Positions 32,423 through 41,040 of a DNA stretch of 64,000 nt are shown piece by piece (position 1 is the first letter of the stretch; every line of letters begins with the position of its first letter). Source of the stretch: an uncultured Candidatus Saccharibacteria bacterium (GTDB taxonomy: Bacteria > Patescibacteriota > Minisyncoccia > UBA6257 > GWB1-50-10); assembly GCA_964357525.1 (NCBI GenBank), contig CAYHLH010000001.1, forward strand, positions 11,719 to 75,718, read 5' to 3'. A program made the position numbers and the translations under genes. The notes under the pieces were generated by a model, which was not told the origin of the DNA, made no database searches, and worked only from the letters and a program-made list of their open reading frames with translations.

Positions 32423-33871
32423 CTATTTTCCGCCAGAGGCGGATCCGCCTTTGGAGGACTTTTTTGCGATCGAAATGCCGAGCTCCTTCAATTGACCATC
32501 CGAAACCTCGGAGGGAGAGCCCATCATGAGGTCCCTGCCGTCGCCCGTCTTCGGGAACGCGATGACCTCGCGGATGTTGGGTTCGTTCAGAAGTACCATA
32601 AGCAGGCGGTCCAATCCCGGCGCGAATCCGCCGTGCGGGGGCGCGCCGTAGCGGAACGCCTCCAGCATGTGGCCGAATTTCTCTTTCTGTTCCGCCTCCG
32701 AAATGCCGAGGCACTCGAATACCTTTTTCTGTTCTTCCGCGCTGTGGATGCGGATGCTTCCGGAACTCAACTCGTAGCCGTTCAGGACCAAATCATACGC
32801 GTTCGCCCTGATCCCGTGTATGTCTTTCCCGGCGAGAAATTTTTCCTTGTCGTCCTCGTGCACCGCGCAAAAAGGATGGTGCATTGCCTGAATTCCGTGT
32901 TGTTCTCCGCCAGAGGCGGATCCGCCTTCGGCGGAGAACATCGGGAAATCCAGAACCCACGCGAACGCGAGCTCGTTCGGGTCTTTCTTGTCTTTGCGCA
33001 GATCGGGTTTGTCCGTTTTGTGTTTTTTCATCGCCTCGGCGTATGACATGCGCGGGAAGGGAACGGCGGAAATCCGCTTTTCGGGGAAAAGCTTCTTCAC
33101 GAGTTTGATGAACATCTCCTCGGTGAACCTGAGCACATCCTCGCGGTCAACGAACGACATCTCGTAATCCAGCTGGGTGAACTCCGGCTGGCGGTCGCCG
33201 CGCGTATCCTCGTCCCTGAAGCAGCGCGCGATCTGAAAATAGCGTTCCAGGCCCGCAACCATGCAAAGCTGCTTGAACTGCTGCGGCGACTGCGGGAGCG
33301 CATAGAAAGTTCCGGGATACACGCGCGACGGCACGAGATACTCCCGCGCGCCTTCCGGCGTTCCCTTCATCAGGATGGGCGTCTCTATCTCGACGAAATC
33401 GTGCGCGTGCATGTATTCGCGGAAGAAGGAAATGACGCTGTCGCGCATCCTCATGTTTTTCTGCATTCGCGGGCGCCTGAGGTCCAGGTAGCGATATTTC
33501 ATCCGTACCTCCTCGGAAACGTCCCTTCCGTCGGCGTTTATCTCGAACGGCGGCGTTTCGGCCTCGTTCAGGATTTCCAAGCCCGTCGCGGAGAGCTCAT
33601 ACTCCCCGTTCGGAAGCTCCTTGTTTTCCATTCCCGCGGGGCGCTTTTTCACCGTCCCTATAAGGGAAATCACCCATTCGGGGCGGAGCATGTCCGCCTT
33701 TTTCTGGAGCGCCTCGTCCTTGGAGGGAAAAACGGCCTGAGCGATGCCGGTGCGGTCGCGGAGGTCTATGAAGATGAGTTTCCCGTGGTCGCGCCGGACG
33801 GCGACCCACCCCTGAAGTGTGATTTCCTTCCCTTCGTGGCTCCCGATGTCCTTTGCGAGTACGCGGTCCAT
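32423..33871 (-). CDS. aspS: Aspartate-tRNA ligase (no GAD insert)
   Basis: FIDLRD, LPQSPQ, RCFRDED, PPHGGFA; two in-frame GGSASGG palindrome inserts. Confidence 0.97.
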   Translation of the reverse strand: MDRVLAKDIGSHEGKEITLQGWVAVRRDHGKLIFIDLRDRTGIAQAVFPSKDEALQKKADMLRPEWVISLIGTVKKRPAGMENKELPNGEYELSATGLEILNEAETPPFEINADGRDVSEEVRMKYRYLDLRRPRMQKNMRMRDSVISFFREYMHAHDFVEIETPILMKGTPEGAREYLVPSRVYPGTFYALPQSPQQFKQLCMVAGLERYFQIARCFRDEDTRGDRQPEFTQLDYEMSFVDREDVLRFTEEMFIKLVKKLFPEKRISAVPFPRMSYAEAMKKHKTDKPDLRKDKKDPNELAFAWVLDFPMFSAEGGSASGGEQHGIQAMHHPFCAVHEDDKEKFLAGKDIHGIRANAYDLVLNGYELSSGSIRIHSAEEQKKVFECLGISEAEQKEKFGHMLEAFRYGAPPHGGFAPGLDRLLMVLLNEPNIREVIAFPKTGDGRDLMMGSPSEVSDGQLKELGISIAKKSSKGGSASGGK

Positions 33872-33974
33872 AAACACGATTATTGTATAGAAAAAGCGGC
33901 ATGCGGGCAAATACAAAATAAAAGAGACCTCATGAATAATGAGGTCTCTCAAAACCTGAAACTCGGCAGATGTG

Positions 33975-35012
33975 TCAACGCAAGTCGTCCAACAGCCAGT
34001 CGAGCAGATCCATATGGGCGTTCTGGAGATTCAAGGCGACATCCCCTTCGATTCCCTCTCTCGCCAAAATTTCAGACCCTATATCGAGGAGTAGAGAACC
34101 CATCACCCTTTCCAAGAGCAACGCATTGAAATTCTTGAAAATCCATCCTTTCTCGAAAGATTCGAGATTCCTATCGTATGCTTCAAGCCAATCCATGCTC
34201 GGCTTGTAGAGGTCGAAAAAAACCTCGGAATCCCTCATCCGGAGCAGACATGACCATATATTGAAAAGCAAATCATACCCCTTGGGCCGCCACGACCAGA
34301 AAGCATTTGACATGATGACATACGTTCCGTTGGGCCTCCTCAGTATGTCGTTCGTACTGAGGTGTCCGTGCATGAATTCCATGGGAATTCCGGAAAAGCG
34401 TTTTTTGACCCTTTCCCCGAAGGCCTCGAAACGGTCTCCGAATTCCGGTAAGGGAATCACGCGCTTCTGTTTTTCCGATATGTCTTTCCACTTTCTCGCC
34501 CTTTCAAGGACGAATCGTACGGAATCCTTATCATTCTCGGGAATTGTGAGCCAAGGTTTTCTCACCAGCTTGGTTTTGTATTCCTCATAGAAACCGCAGA
34601 ATTCCCGCATCTCGACTTCCAAAGCATACGGCATTTCGAAAATGCGATTTCCCTTCACCCATTCTTGCAGCATGAAGCCGTATCCCCTGTGGGCATTCCA
34701 TTCCTTGAACACATGCGTTTTGGGAGGAGCGATGCGCTCGCTCAAACTCTGCTCCTTCAATTTGGATATCATCAGGCCCTCTTCGATGTCCGGCTTCAGG
34801 AATTGGATTTTGAGGACCATCGGTTCCGCGCTGACGGAACCTTTCATGATGAAAGTGCTTACCTTCTTATTGTCATAAATGAGACCCCTGAAGACCTCTT
34901 CCTCACTATTGAAACCCGTTTCGTCCCATATCGTCTCGAGTGCGCGGTTGATCTGCTCCTGGGTGGTGCCTTTAAAGCTCGCGTATTTCTCGCTTATTTT
35001 GTTTCCCGTCAT
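33975..35012 (-). CDS. Aminoglycoside phosphotransferase/kinase-fold protein with atypical catalytic motifs
   Basis: VLKI, MLQEWVKG, HGHLSTNDI, YDL. Confidence 0.7.
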   Translation of the reverse strand: MTGNKISEKYASFKGTTQEQINRALETIWDETGFNSEEEVFRGLIYDNKKVSTFIMKGSVSAEPMVLKIQFLKPDIEEGLMISKLKEQSLSERIAPPKTHVFKEWNAHRGYGFMLQEWVKGNRIFEMPYALEVEMREFCGFYEEYKTKLVRKPWLTIPENDKDSVRFVLERARKWKDISEKQKRVIPLPEFGDRFEAFGERVKKRFSGIPMEFMHGHLSTNDILRRPNGTYVIMSNAFWSWRPKGYDLLFNIWSCLLRMRDSEVFFDLYKPSMDWLEAYDRNLESFEKGWIFKNFNALLLERVMGSLLLDIGSEILAREGIEGDVALNLQNAHMDLLDWLLDDLR

Positions 35013-35129
35013 GGAATTTCCTTTCTATTGTTAATTCAATTGTATAAAACTGCTTGAGTTATAGAACGGGAAAACAGTCGCGTCAAGAAAGTGCGTGTTT
35101 ACACTGAGCGAGCGTCAGCGAGTCGAAGT

Positions 35130-35246
35130 GTGCGCAGGGTGAGAGAATCTCACTCGCTTCGCTCTTTGAAAACCTCACGGTTTTCAAGACTTTCCTTCAC
35201 GGGAGCGTTGCGCCGTTCCCGACCCCATACGCGTTCGACTCTCACC
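35130..35246 (-). repeat. tRNA-tail structured module, copy after tRNA-Tyr
   Basis: GTGAGAGTCGAAC-N6-GGGGTCGGGA..TCCCGTGAAGGA..TTGAAAACCGTGAGGTTTTCAA..GTGAG-ATTCTCTCACCCTGCGCAC. Confidence 0.85.
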
Positions 35247-35249
35247 AAA

Positions 35250-35287
35250 AACCAAAGTAGTTCTCCATTTAGAGAACTACTTTGGTT
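35250..35287 (-). terminator. Hairpin 3' of tRNA-Tyr
   Basis: AACCAAAGTAGTTCTC..GAGAACTACTTTGGTT. Confidence 0.7.
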
Positions 35288-35374
35288 TGGTGCGCAGAGT
35301 GAGAGTCGAACTCACGGGATCCAAAGGACAAGGGATTTACAGTCCCCTCCCGCCCCCTACGGGACTACCTGCGC
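35288..35374 (-). tRNA. tRNA-Tyr(GTA) with an atypical D-arm
   Basis: GGGGA-CTGTAAA-TCCCT; long variable arm; GTGAG-TTCGACT-CTCAC; encoded CCA. Confidence 0.85.
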
Positions 35375-35838
35375 GAACCGGTTTTTATAATACTCCAGCA
35401 AATCCTTCAAAGACAAGAGGAGTTTTTTGTCTATGTAGCGGATATGCACCAGCCCGTGTTCCATCTTTCGTCCGTCTTTTCGGAAATCCTTCCGTACATA
35501 CGGCTTAATGAACTGCTTTGTGGAAATATGCGTCAACCTGCTCCAAAATGCGGCAAGTTCCCCGACATTCTGGTCGGCGTAGCAATACAAAAGCACCCGG
35601 AATTTTCTCTCATTAAGCTCGTACACGGAGCGCAAAAAATTAAGGAATACCGCGACCATTTCCGGATCGCTGTTCGTAAAATCAACTATGTCCGCCTATA
35701 CAAACCGTGTTTTCACATGAAATACGTTACCGCATCCAAAGAAACACCGAGCGTCTCCGCAATCTCCCGCATGCTCAACTTTTTTCCGTAATAGAGCTCT
35801 TTTACTATCTTCAGTTTTTTATCCGAAATGGCTACCAT
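35357..35838 (-). pseudogene. Disrupted HTH plus LAGLIDADG-like endonuclease gene
   Basis: 5' frame MVAISDKK..LSMREIAETLGVS (HTH) is stopped by TGA; second frame DFTNSDPEMVAVFLNFLR...FWS ends inside tRNA-Tyr. Confidence 0.6.
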
Positions 35839-35892
35839 ATTAAAATTATAAAACCCGCCCCCAGTGCAGGTCAAATGAAATGGTACACAGAA

Positions 35893-36303
35893 CTATCGCT
35901 TTATTTTAAAGCGAAACTTTCTTTCTTCCCCGCTTTTTCGACAGTTCGGTGATTTCCCCTCTTCGGTGATGGCGATCCTATCCTCCTCGCTTTCCCCTTC
36001 CGGCGGGGACACCACGAACGATGTCTTTTCCTTGGTGCGGTCGTCCGTCACTTTCGCGATCTTTTCGGTGACGACGTTGTCCGCGCGGAGGATGAATACC
36101 TTGAGGCGGCGGAGGAATTTCTCGAACCACACCTTCAGCACCTCGTCCGCATGCTCGAGCATGAGCGTGAGCTCGTGCGTCCTGATGCGCGAACGGCTTT
36201 CCAGGAACACCTCGTTCGAAACCCTGGGGAGCGCGCGAAGGGCCAACACGATGACCCCCGCAAGCCCCGCGAACACCGCTATTTCGAAGATGAACGACCA
36301 CAT
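35893..36303 (-). CDS. Hypothetical membrane-anchored protein
   Basis: N-terminal TM helix; host-like codon usage. Confidence 0.7.
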   Translation of the reverse strand: MWSFIFEIAVFAGLAGVIVLALRALPRVSNEVFLESRSRIRTHELTLMLEHADEVLKVWFEKFLRRLKVFILRADNVVTEKIAKVTDDRTKEKTSFVVSPPEGESEEDRIAITEEGKSPNCRKSGEERKFRFKIKR

Positions 36304-36500
36304 GCGAATGATGTCTAAATTTTCGAGTGCCGCCGTAGCGATGAAAATTTAGCCACAACATTCAGCACCCGCCTAAGTTTTTGAATTTCTATTACGGACT
36401 TTCCCATGTCTATATTATACATCTTCAAAAATTTGGGCGGGTAAGATTCGGTACTCAAAAATCCCTCGCCTTTGGCTCAGATTTTTGAACCGAGCCCTTA
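36304..36500 (-). repeat. Three-hairpin intergenic element, copy 5
   Basis: TAAGGGCTCGGTTCAAAAATC...ACCGAATCTTACCCGCCCAAATTTTTGAA ... TTCAAAAACTTAGGCGGGTGC...CGAAAATTTAG..TTCGC-ATG. Confidence 0.85.
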
Positions 36501-36941
36501 CAGTTCGTATCTCGCGAAGCGGGCAACGGCGATGTTCTCCCCCACCTTACCAACGACGGAATTCATGAGGTCCTTCACCGTCATTGTCTCGTCGCGGACG
36601 AAGGGCTGCCCCAAGAGCGCTTCGACGGACTCCGGGTCCATCGCCGCGATATGGAGCGCGATGTCGTGCGCGAGCGCCTTGAACGCGTCCGCCTTCGCGA
36701 CGAAGTCCGTCTCGCAGCGGAGTTCCAGAAGCACTCCGACGCGCCCGTTGTGCACGTAGGTCTCCAGGAACCCCGCGCCGGTCGCGCGGCCCTTTTTCGC
36801 CTCCGCCTTCAGAGCCCCCTCTTTCGCGATGATTTCCTTCGCCTTCTCGTAGTCGCCTCCCGCGGCCTCTAGCGCGCGCTTGCACTGCATCACGCCGGCG
36901 CCGGTCTCCTCGCGAAGTTTGATGACGATGTCCTTTGCCAT
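36498..36941 (-). CDS. tsf: Elongation factor Ts (short form)
   Basis: LREETGAGVMQCK, ELRCETDFVA, GENI..ARF. Confidence 0.96.
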   Translation of the reverse strand: MAKDIVIKLREETGAGVMQCKRALEAAGGDYEKAKEIIAKEGALKAEAKKGRATGAGFLETYVHNGRVGVLLELRCETDFVAKADAFKALAHDIALHIAAMDPESVEALLGQPFVRDETMTVKDLMNSVVGKVGENIAVARFARYEL

Positions 36942-36944
36942 GGA

Positions 36945-37616
36945 TTATTTCAACGCTTCCCTAATGCGGTTCAAGACCCACGCGACGCTCTTCACGCCGT
37001 GGTCGTTCGCAAAAATGGGGTAATCGATGAGGGTCGGATCGTCATTCGTGTCGAGTATACCTACCGTCGCGACCTTCGCTTTGCGCGCCTCGCGGATGGC
37101 GGTCTCGGAGGAGGACGCATCCACGAAGAAAAGCACGTCGGGAACTTTCGTGAGCGATCTCAAGCCCTCGAAGTGCTCGCGCATCTTCGCGATCTGCTCC
37201 GTGAACTTCCGCTGTTCGTTCTTCGTGTATTTCTCAAATCCCCCCTTTGCCTGCTTTTCTTTCAGTTCCTCGTAGTACGCAATCCGCTTCTGAATGACGG
37301 AAAAATTCGTTATGGTGCCGCCGAGCCAGCGCGTCACCACATAAGGAGCCTTGAGCTCCTCGGCAAATTCCTGGATGAGGCGCTTCGCCGCGGGACGCGT
37401 TCCCGTGAAGAGGAAGAGCGCCCCTGCCGCCTTCTTTTCCTTCATGAGTTCCGCCGCCTTCGAAAGCGAGGCGTCCACGCTATCCGGATTCAGGAGTTCG
37501 AGCTCGTTCTTGGTCCCGCCGATGTGGGGCTTCATTTTTGGATGCGTCTTGCTCCTCTTGTGCCCGAAGAGCACGCCTTCCTGCACCATCTCTTTTACGA
37601 TGTTTTCGTCTAACAT
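36945..37616 (-). CDS. rpsB: 30S ribosomal protein S2
   Basis: GVLFGH, RWLGGTITNF, DTNDDP, IFANDH. Confidence 0.97.
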   Translation of the reverse strand: MLDENIVKEMVQEGVLFGHKRSKTHPKMKPHIGGTKNELELLNPDSVDASLSKAAELMKEKKAAGALFLFTGTRPAAKRLIQEFAEELKAPYVVTRWLGGTITNFSVIQKRIAYYEELKEKQAKGGFEKYTKNEQRKFTEQIAKMREHFEGLRSLTKVPDVLFFVDASSSETAIREARKAKVATVGILDTNDDPTLIDYPIFANDHGVKSVAWVLNRIREALK

Positions 37617-37763
37617 GCCCGGTAGTAACTCACGCGCTCCATCCCGACCGCGGTCGGGATAGGGTGCGACTGTTCTTGAAAATAATGGAATTGTAACTCA
37701 TGACCTTATCTTTACTCTTTACCTGGAATCGTCACCATACTGCGCGTGACTACTACCGGGCAT
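37615..37763. repeat. Long inverted repeat (GTAG-type arms) forming the rpsB leader
   Basis: ATGCCCGGTAGTAACTCACGCGC ... GCGCGTGACTACTACCGGGCAT. Confidence 0.75.
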
Positions 37764-37908
37764 GTGAATAAAAACAACCTCTGTATGCTACCGAAAACGC
37801 TGCGGAAAGTCAAAGATTTTCCTCAGCTTCTTGGCTTATTAGCTGATTACTTTTTAGAAATTAATTTTTTCAGTTTCCTAATAAGCTACGGCCTAAGAAG
37901 CTAAAAAG

Positions 37909-38958
37909 CTAAATAAACCTCGCCATGAAGAAAAGTATGAGGCCGAGTATGGTCATCACGCCGGAGATTATCCAGAAACGCATGGTCACCTGCGTTTCGG
38001 GCCAGCCGAGCCCCTCGAAGTGGTGGTGGATGGGCGTGGAAAGGAAGAGCTTACGCCCGAGGAGCTTCTTGTGGAGAACCTGGATGATGACGGAGCCCGA
38101 CTCGATGAGGAGGATGAATCCGAAGAATGGGAGGAAAAGGGCCGTGTTCGTGAACATCGCCATGACCCCGAGGGTGATGCCGAGCCCCATCGAACCCGTG
38201 TCCCCCATGAAGAACTTCGCGGGATGCACGTTGTACCAGAGGAACGCCAAAAGCGCCCCCAATATCGCCGCGTTCATCGCCGCGAGGTCGAACCGGTTCA
38301 TGATGAAGGACACGATGGCCATGGCACAGAACGAGAAGAAGAGCACTCCGCCTGAAAGTCCGTCCAGGCCGTCCGTCTCGTTCGCGGAGAACGCCGTCGC
38401 GACCACCACGAACACGAAGAAAAGCATGTACCACGCGCCGAGGTCCACGAGCCCGAGGAACGGAACGTAGATCTCGCTCCAGCCGAGCCGTATGTGGAAC
38501 CACCACGCGCCTATGAGCGACACCAGTGTGTAGAGCGCGAGCTTGTGCTTGATGGTGATGCCGCCGCCCTTGCCGGACCCCTTCCCGATGATGCCCCAGA
38601 AATCGTCGATGAATCCGACAATGGCGCCGAAAGCCAATGCCGCGAGCGGCACATAGGTCTCGGGGCGGGAAACGAAGTTCAGGTATCCGAGAAATCCGTC
38701 GAAGGCGAGGTCTCCAAGGAAAAGTATGACGGCGAGCCCCAACACCGTACCCCATATGATGACGCCGCCCATCGTCGGCGTGTCGAATTTGTGCTTGTGA
38801 TGCTCGTAAAAAACGGGCGCGGTCGCCGCGTCGCGGATGTTCCTCTTCTTCAGCCCGTACTTGAGGAGCGCGCGGTACACGAAGGGCGTGATGCCCAAGG
38901 CCACGATGAACGCGATGGCGAAAACTATGAGCGCGCGTATGCTTTCGAAAACTTCCAT
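37909..38958 (-). CDS. mraY: Phospho-N-acetylmuramoyl-pentapeptide transferase
   Basis: TPTMGG, GFIDD, NETDGLDGL, FMGDTGS, PIHHHFE. Confidence 0.97.
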   Translation of the reverse strand: MEVFESIRALIVFAIAFIVALGITPFVYRALLKYGLKKRNIRDAATAPVFYEHHKHKFDTPTMGGVIIWGTVLGLAVILFLGDLAFDGFLGYLNFVSRPETYVPLAALAFGAIVGFIDDFWGIIGKGSGKGGGITIKHKLALYTLVSLIGAWWFHIRLGWSEIYVPFLGLVDLGAWYMLFFVFVVVATAFSANETDGLDGLSGGVLFFSFCAMAIVSFIMNRFDLAAMNAAILGALLAFLWYNVHPAKFFMGDTGSMGLGITLGVMAMFTNTALFLPFFGFILLIESGSVIIQVLHKKLLGRKLFLSTPIHHHFEGLGWPETQVTMRFWIISGVMTILGLILFFMARFI

Positions 38959-39357
38959 GCCGATTATATATAAATTTTCGAGTCTGCCAACGATGAAAAT
39001 TTATTCATAAAATCGAGCACCCGCCTAAATTTTTGAATCTTATTTTTCATTGATAGTGTGAGAGAGAATCTTCTTCATATAATTTCTTCCCCATCCGGTC
39101 TTGAAATATTGTTCACGTTGCATGGCATCCTTTTGATTTCTATACAACTCACAATAAATCAGTTCCCATGGCCTCTTGTTTTTCGTTGAATGTACCCTAC
39201 CTTTTTGATGCTCCTCAACCCGCCTCTTTATATCTTGAGAATAGCCGACATATACACTTTTGTCTCTTTTACTCCTCAAAATGTAGATGCCATACATATT
39301 CAAAAATTTTGGCGGGTAAGGTTTTCTTACCACGCCACGGCGTGGAGAAAGCCCTCA
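38959..39357 (-). mobile_element. Three-hairpin element, copy 6, carrying a GIY-YIG gene (candidate autonomous copy)
   Basis: TGAGGGCTTTCT...AGAAAACCTTACCCGCCAAAATTTTTGAAT-[ATG..TAA]-GATTCAAAAATTTAGGCGGGTGCTCGATT...TATAATCGGC-ATG(mraY). Confidence 0.75.
39040..39297 (-). CDS. GIY-YIG nuclease (85 aa)
   Basis: GIYILRS...YVGYS...RVEEH...ST...RE..FK.GWGR; AT-rich. Confidence 0.93.
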   Translation of the reverse strand: MYGIYILRSKRDKSVYVGYSQDIKRRVEEHQKGRVHSTKNKRPWELIYCELYRNQKDAMQREQYFKTGWGRNYMKKILSHTINEK

Positions 39358-40323
39358 AAACTCATACGCCTGTTCCATCCAGGCAAGCACCGACGCGACC
39401 TCTTTCACCCTGTCGGGGCTCCCCAATATGATAACCGCGATGCGGAAATCTTTGAATGCGAGCACCGCGGCGAGGTTCTGGCGCGCCACATCTGACGTGC
39501 CCGTTTTCCCGCCGAGGAACAGCTTGTCCGAGACGAACGGATTGATGTTCGTTTCCGTTCGGAACTCCGTGGTGTTCGTCGGCTGCACGAGATAGTTCAC
39601 AAGTCGCGTCCAGTTCAGGATCTCCGGATGTTTCTCGTATATGTATTCGGTGAGAATGAACATGTCCTCCGCGCTCGTGAGGTTCGTGTCCGCAAGCCCC
39701 GACGCGTCGTTCAGAATCGTCCCTCGCATCCCGAGCTCGCCCGCCTTCTTGTTCAATAACCGGTTCATCTCCGCCTTTCCTCCCGCGAAATCCTCGAACG
39801 CCGCCGCCGCGCGGTTCGAGGAGGTGAGGAGCATTATCTTCAGGAGATCGCCCGAAAGGTACACTTCCCCGCTTTTGAGCCCTCCCGCAACGCCTTCCGC
39901 GAGCATTGCCCGTTCGGTGACCGGCACTTTCCGCTGATTGCCGTACTGTTCAAGGACCACGACGGCCGTGAGAAGCTTTGAGAGCGACGCCGCGGGCCAC
40001 GTCTCGCGCGTGCGGTAGCGGAAGAACGGGAAATCCTCGTCGAGCGACTGGACGAGCACCGCCTGCGCCTCGATGGTGGGGTCCAACACTTCCCATTTCC
40101 GCTCGGGAAGCCGCTTGTTCGAAGGCCTCGTGTTCTGCGAGAGGGCGTCCGAGCCGTACCCGGTCGATGTCGGCGAGCCCGAAACGTCTATCGTGCGAGA
40201 CGTGAAGAGCGCGCCGAAATCCCCTCCGTAAAAGACGAAGAACACTATGCCTCCCGCGACGAGCGCGGTTCCGACGACCGCGAATGCGGCGTTCCCGGTT
40301 TTCTTGAGGATTTCCCTAAGCAT
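39355..40323 (-). CDS. D-alanyl-D-alanine carboxypeptidase (S11)
   Basis: ASLSK, SSN, GKTGT. Confidence 0.9.
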   Translation of the reverse strand: MLREILKKTGNAAFAVVGTALVAGGIVFFVFYGGDFGALFTSRTIDVSGSPTSTGYGSDALSQNTRPSNKRLPERKWEVLDPTIEAQAVLVQSLDEDFPFFRYRTRETWPAASLSKLLTAVVVLEQYGNQRKVPVTERAMLAEGVAGGLKSGEVYLSGDLLKIMLLTSSNRAAAAFEDFAGGKAEMNRLLNKKAGELGMRGTILNDASGLADTNLTSAEDMFILTEYIYEKHPEILNWTRLVNYLVQPTNTTEFRTETNINPFVSDKLFLGGKTGTSDVARQNLAAVLAFKDFRIAVIILGSPDRVKEVASVLAWMEQAYEF

Positions 40324-40912
40324 TTGACTCTGCGGGAGCGTGTGGCGCTTCTTCCTCCTCCATGACCGCGAAATCGTCTAGAGCGCGGTGGTATTTTTCG
40401 TAATCTGGAAGCTCCCCGATGCGCGAGAGCCCCATGTGGCGCAGGAACTCGAAGCTCGCGTGGTAATCGTACGAGTGAGGATGTTTCTCGCTCGGGGTCC
40501 GCTCGACGAGGCCGCGAAGCATGAGGTTACGGAGCGTGAACCCCGAATTCACCCCGCGGATGTAATCGACGGTGACCTTCGAAACGGGGCCGAGATACGC
40601 GACAAGGGAAAGCGCCTCCTGCGCCGCGGGAGTGAGTTCCGTTTTCCATTCCTCCTCGATGATGCGCTTGCGCGCGTCCGCAAACTCCGGTTTCGTGGCA
40701 AGCTGCACTTCGCCCCCGTGCATGATGAGCGTGAGCCCGGATCGCGGGTTTTCCCCCATGTCTTTGGAAAGTTCCCCGGCGAGCGCCTCGAATTCCTCTT
40801 TTTTCATCCCGAGCGCCTTCGCCGCCTTTTCGGCGGGCACCGGCTCTCCGTAATGAAAAAGGAACGCCTGCAATAATGCTATTTTTGATTCTTGGGATGA
40901 GAGTTCACTCAT
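40316..40912 (-). CDS. scpB: Segregation and condensation protein B
   Basis: LSLVAY..P, YIRGVNS, FLRHMGL..LP. Confidence 0.95.
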   Translation of the reverse strand: MSELSSQESKIALLQAFLFHYGEPVPAEKAAKALGMKKEEFEALAGELSKDMGENPRSGLTLIMHGGEVQLATKPEFADARKRIIEEEWKTELTPAAQEALSLVAYLGPVSKVTVDYIRGVNSGFTLRNLMLRGLVERTPSEKHPHSYDYHASFEFLRHMGLSRIGELPDYEKYHRALDDFAVMEEEEAPHAPAESNA

Positions 40913-40954
40913 GATATTTAAACAATAATTTAGATTGAATCTTCGAGTTTAATA

Positions 40955-41040
40955 GTTCTTAACTTGAAATTTAAAGTGCAAAATGATTTTTAATTTTGCA
41001 TTTCACCTTTGCATTTTGAAGTTTGAATTTTGCATTCATA
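40955..41040. repeat. Degenerate heptamer repeats (TTTTGCA/TTTGAAT)
   Basis: TTTTAATTTTGCATTTCACCTTTGCATTTTGAAGTTTGAATTTTGCATTC. Confidence 0.55.

Noticed and set aside
35715-35725. In-frame TGA suggesting genetic code 25
   Set aside because: TGA is the normal stop for many intact genes here (rpoB, rpoC, murF), and this gene also has a frame break
38959-39357. Group I or II intron with a homing endonuclease
   Set aside because: Non-ORF part is only ~140 nt of three simple hairpins; no recognisable group I core or group II domain V; lies between genes
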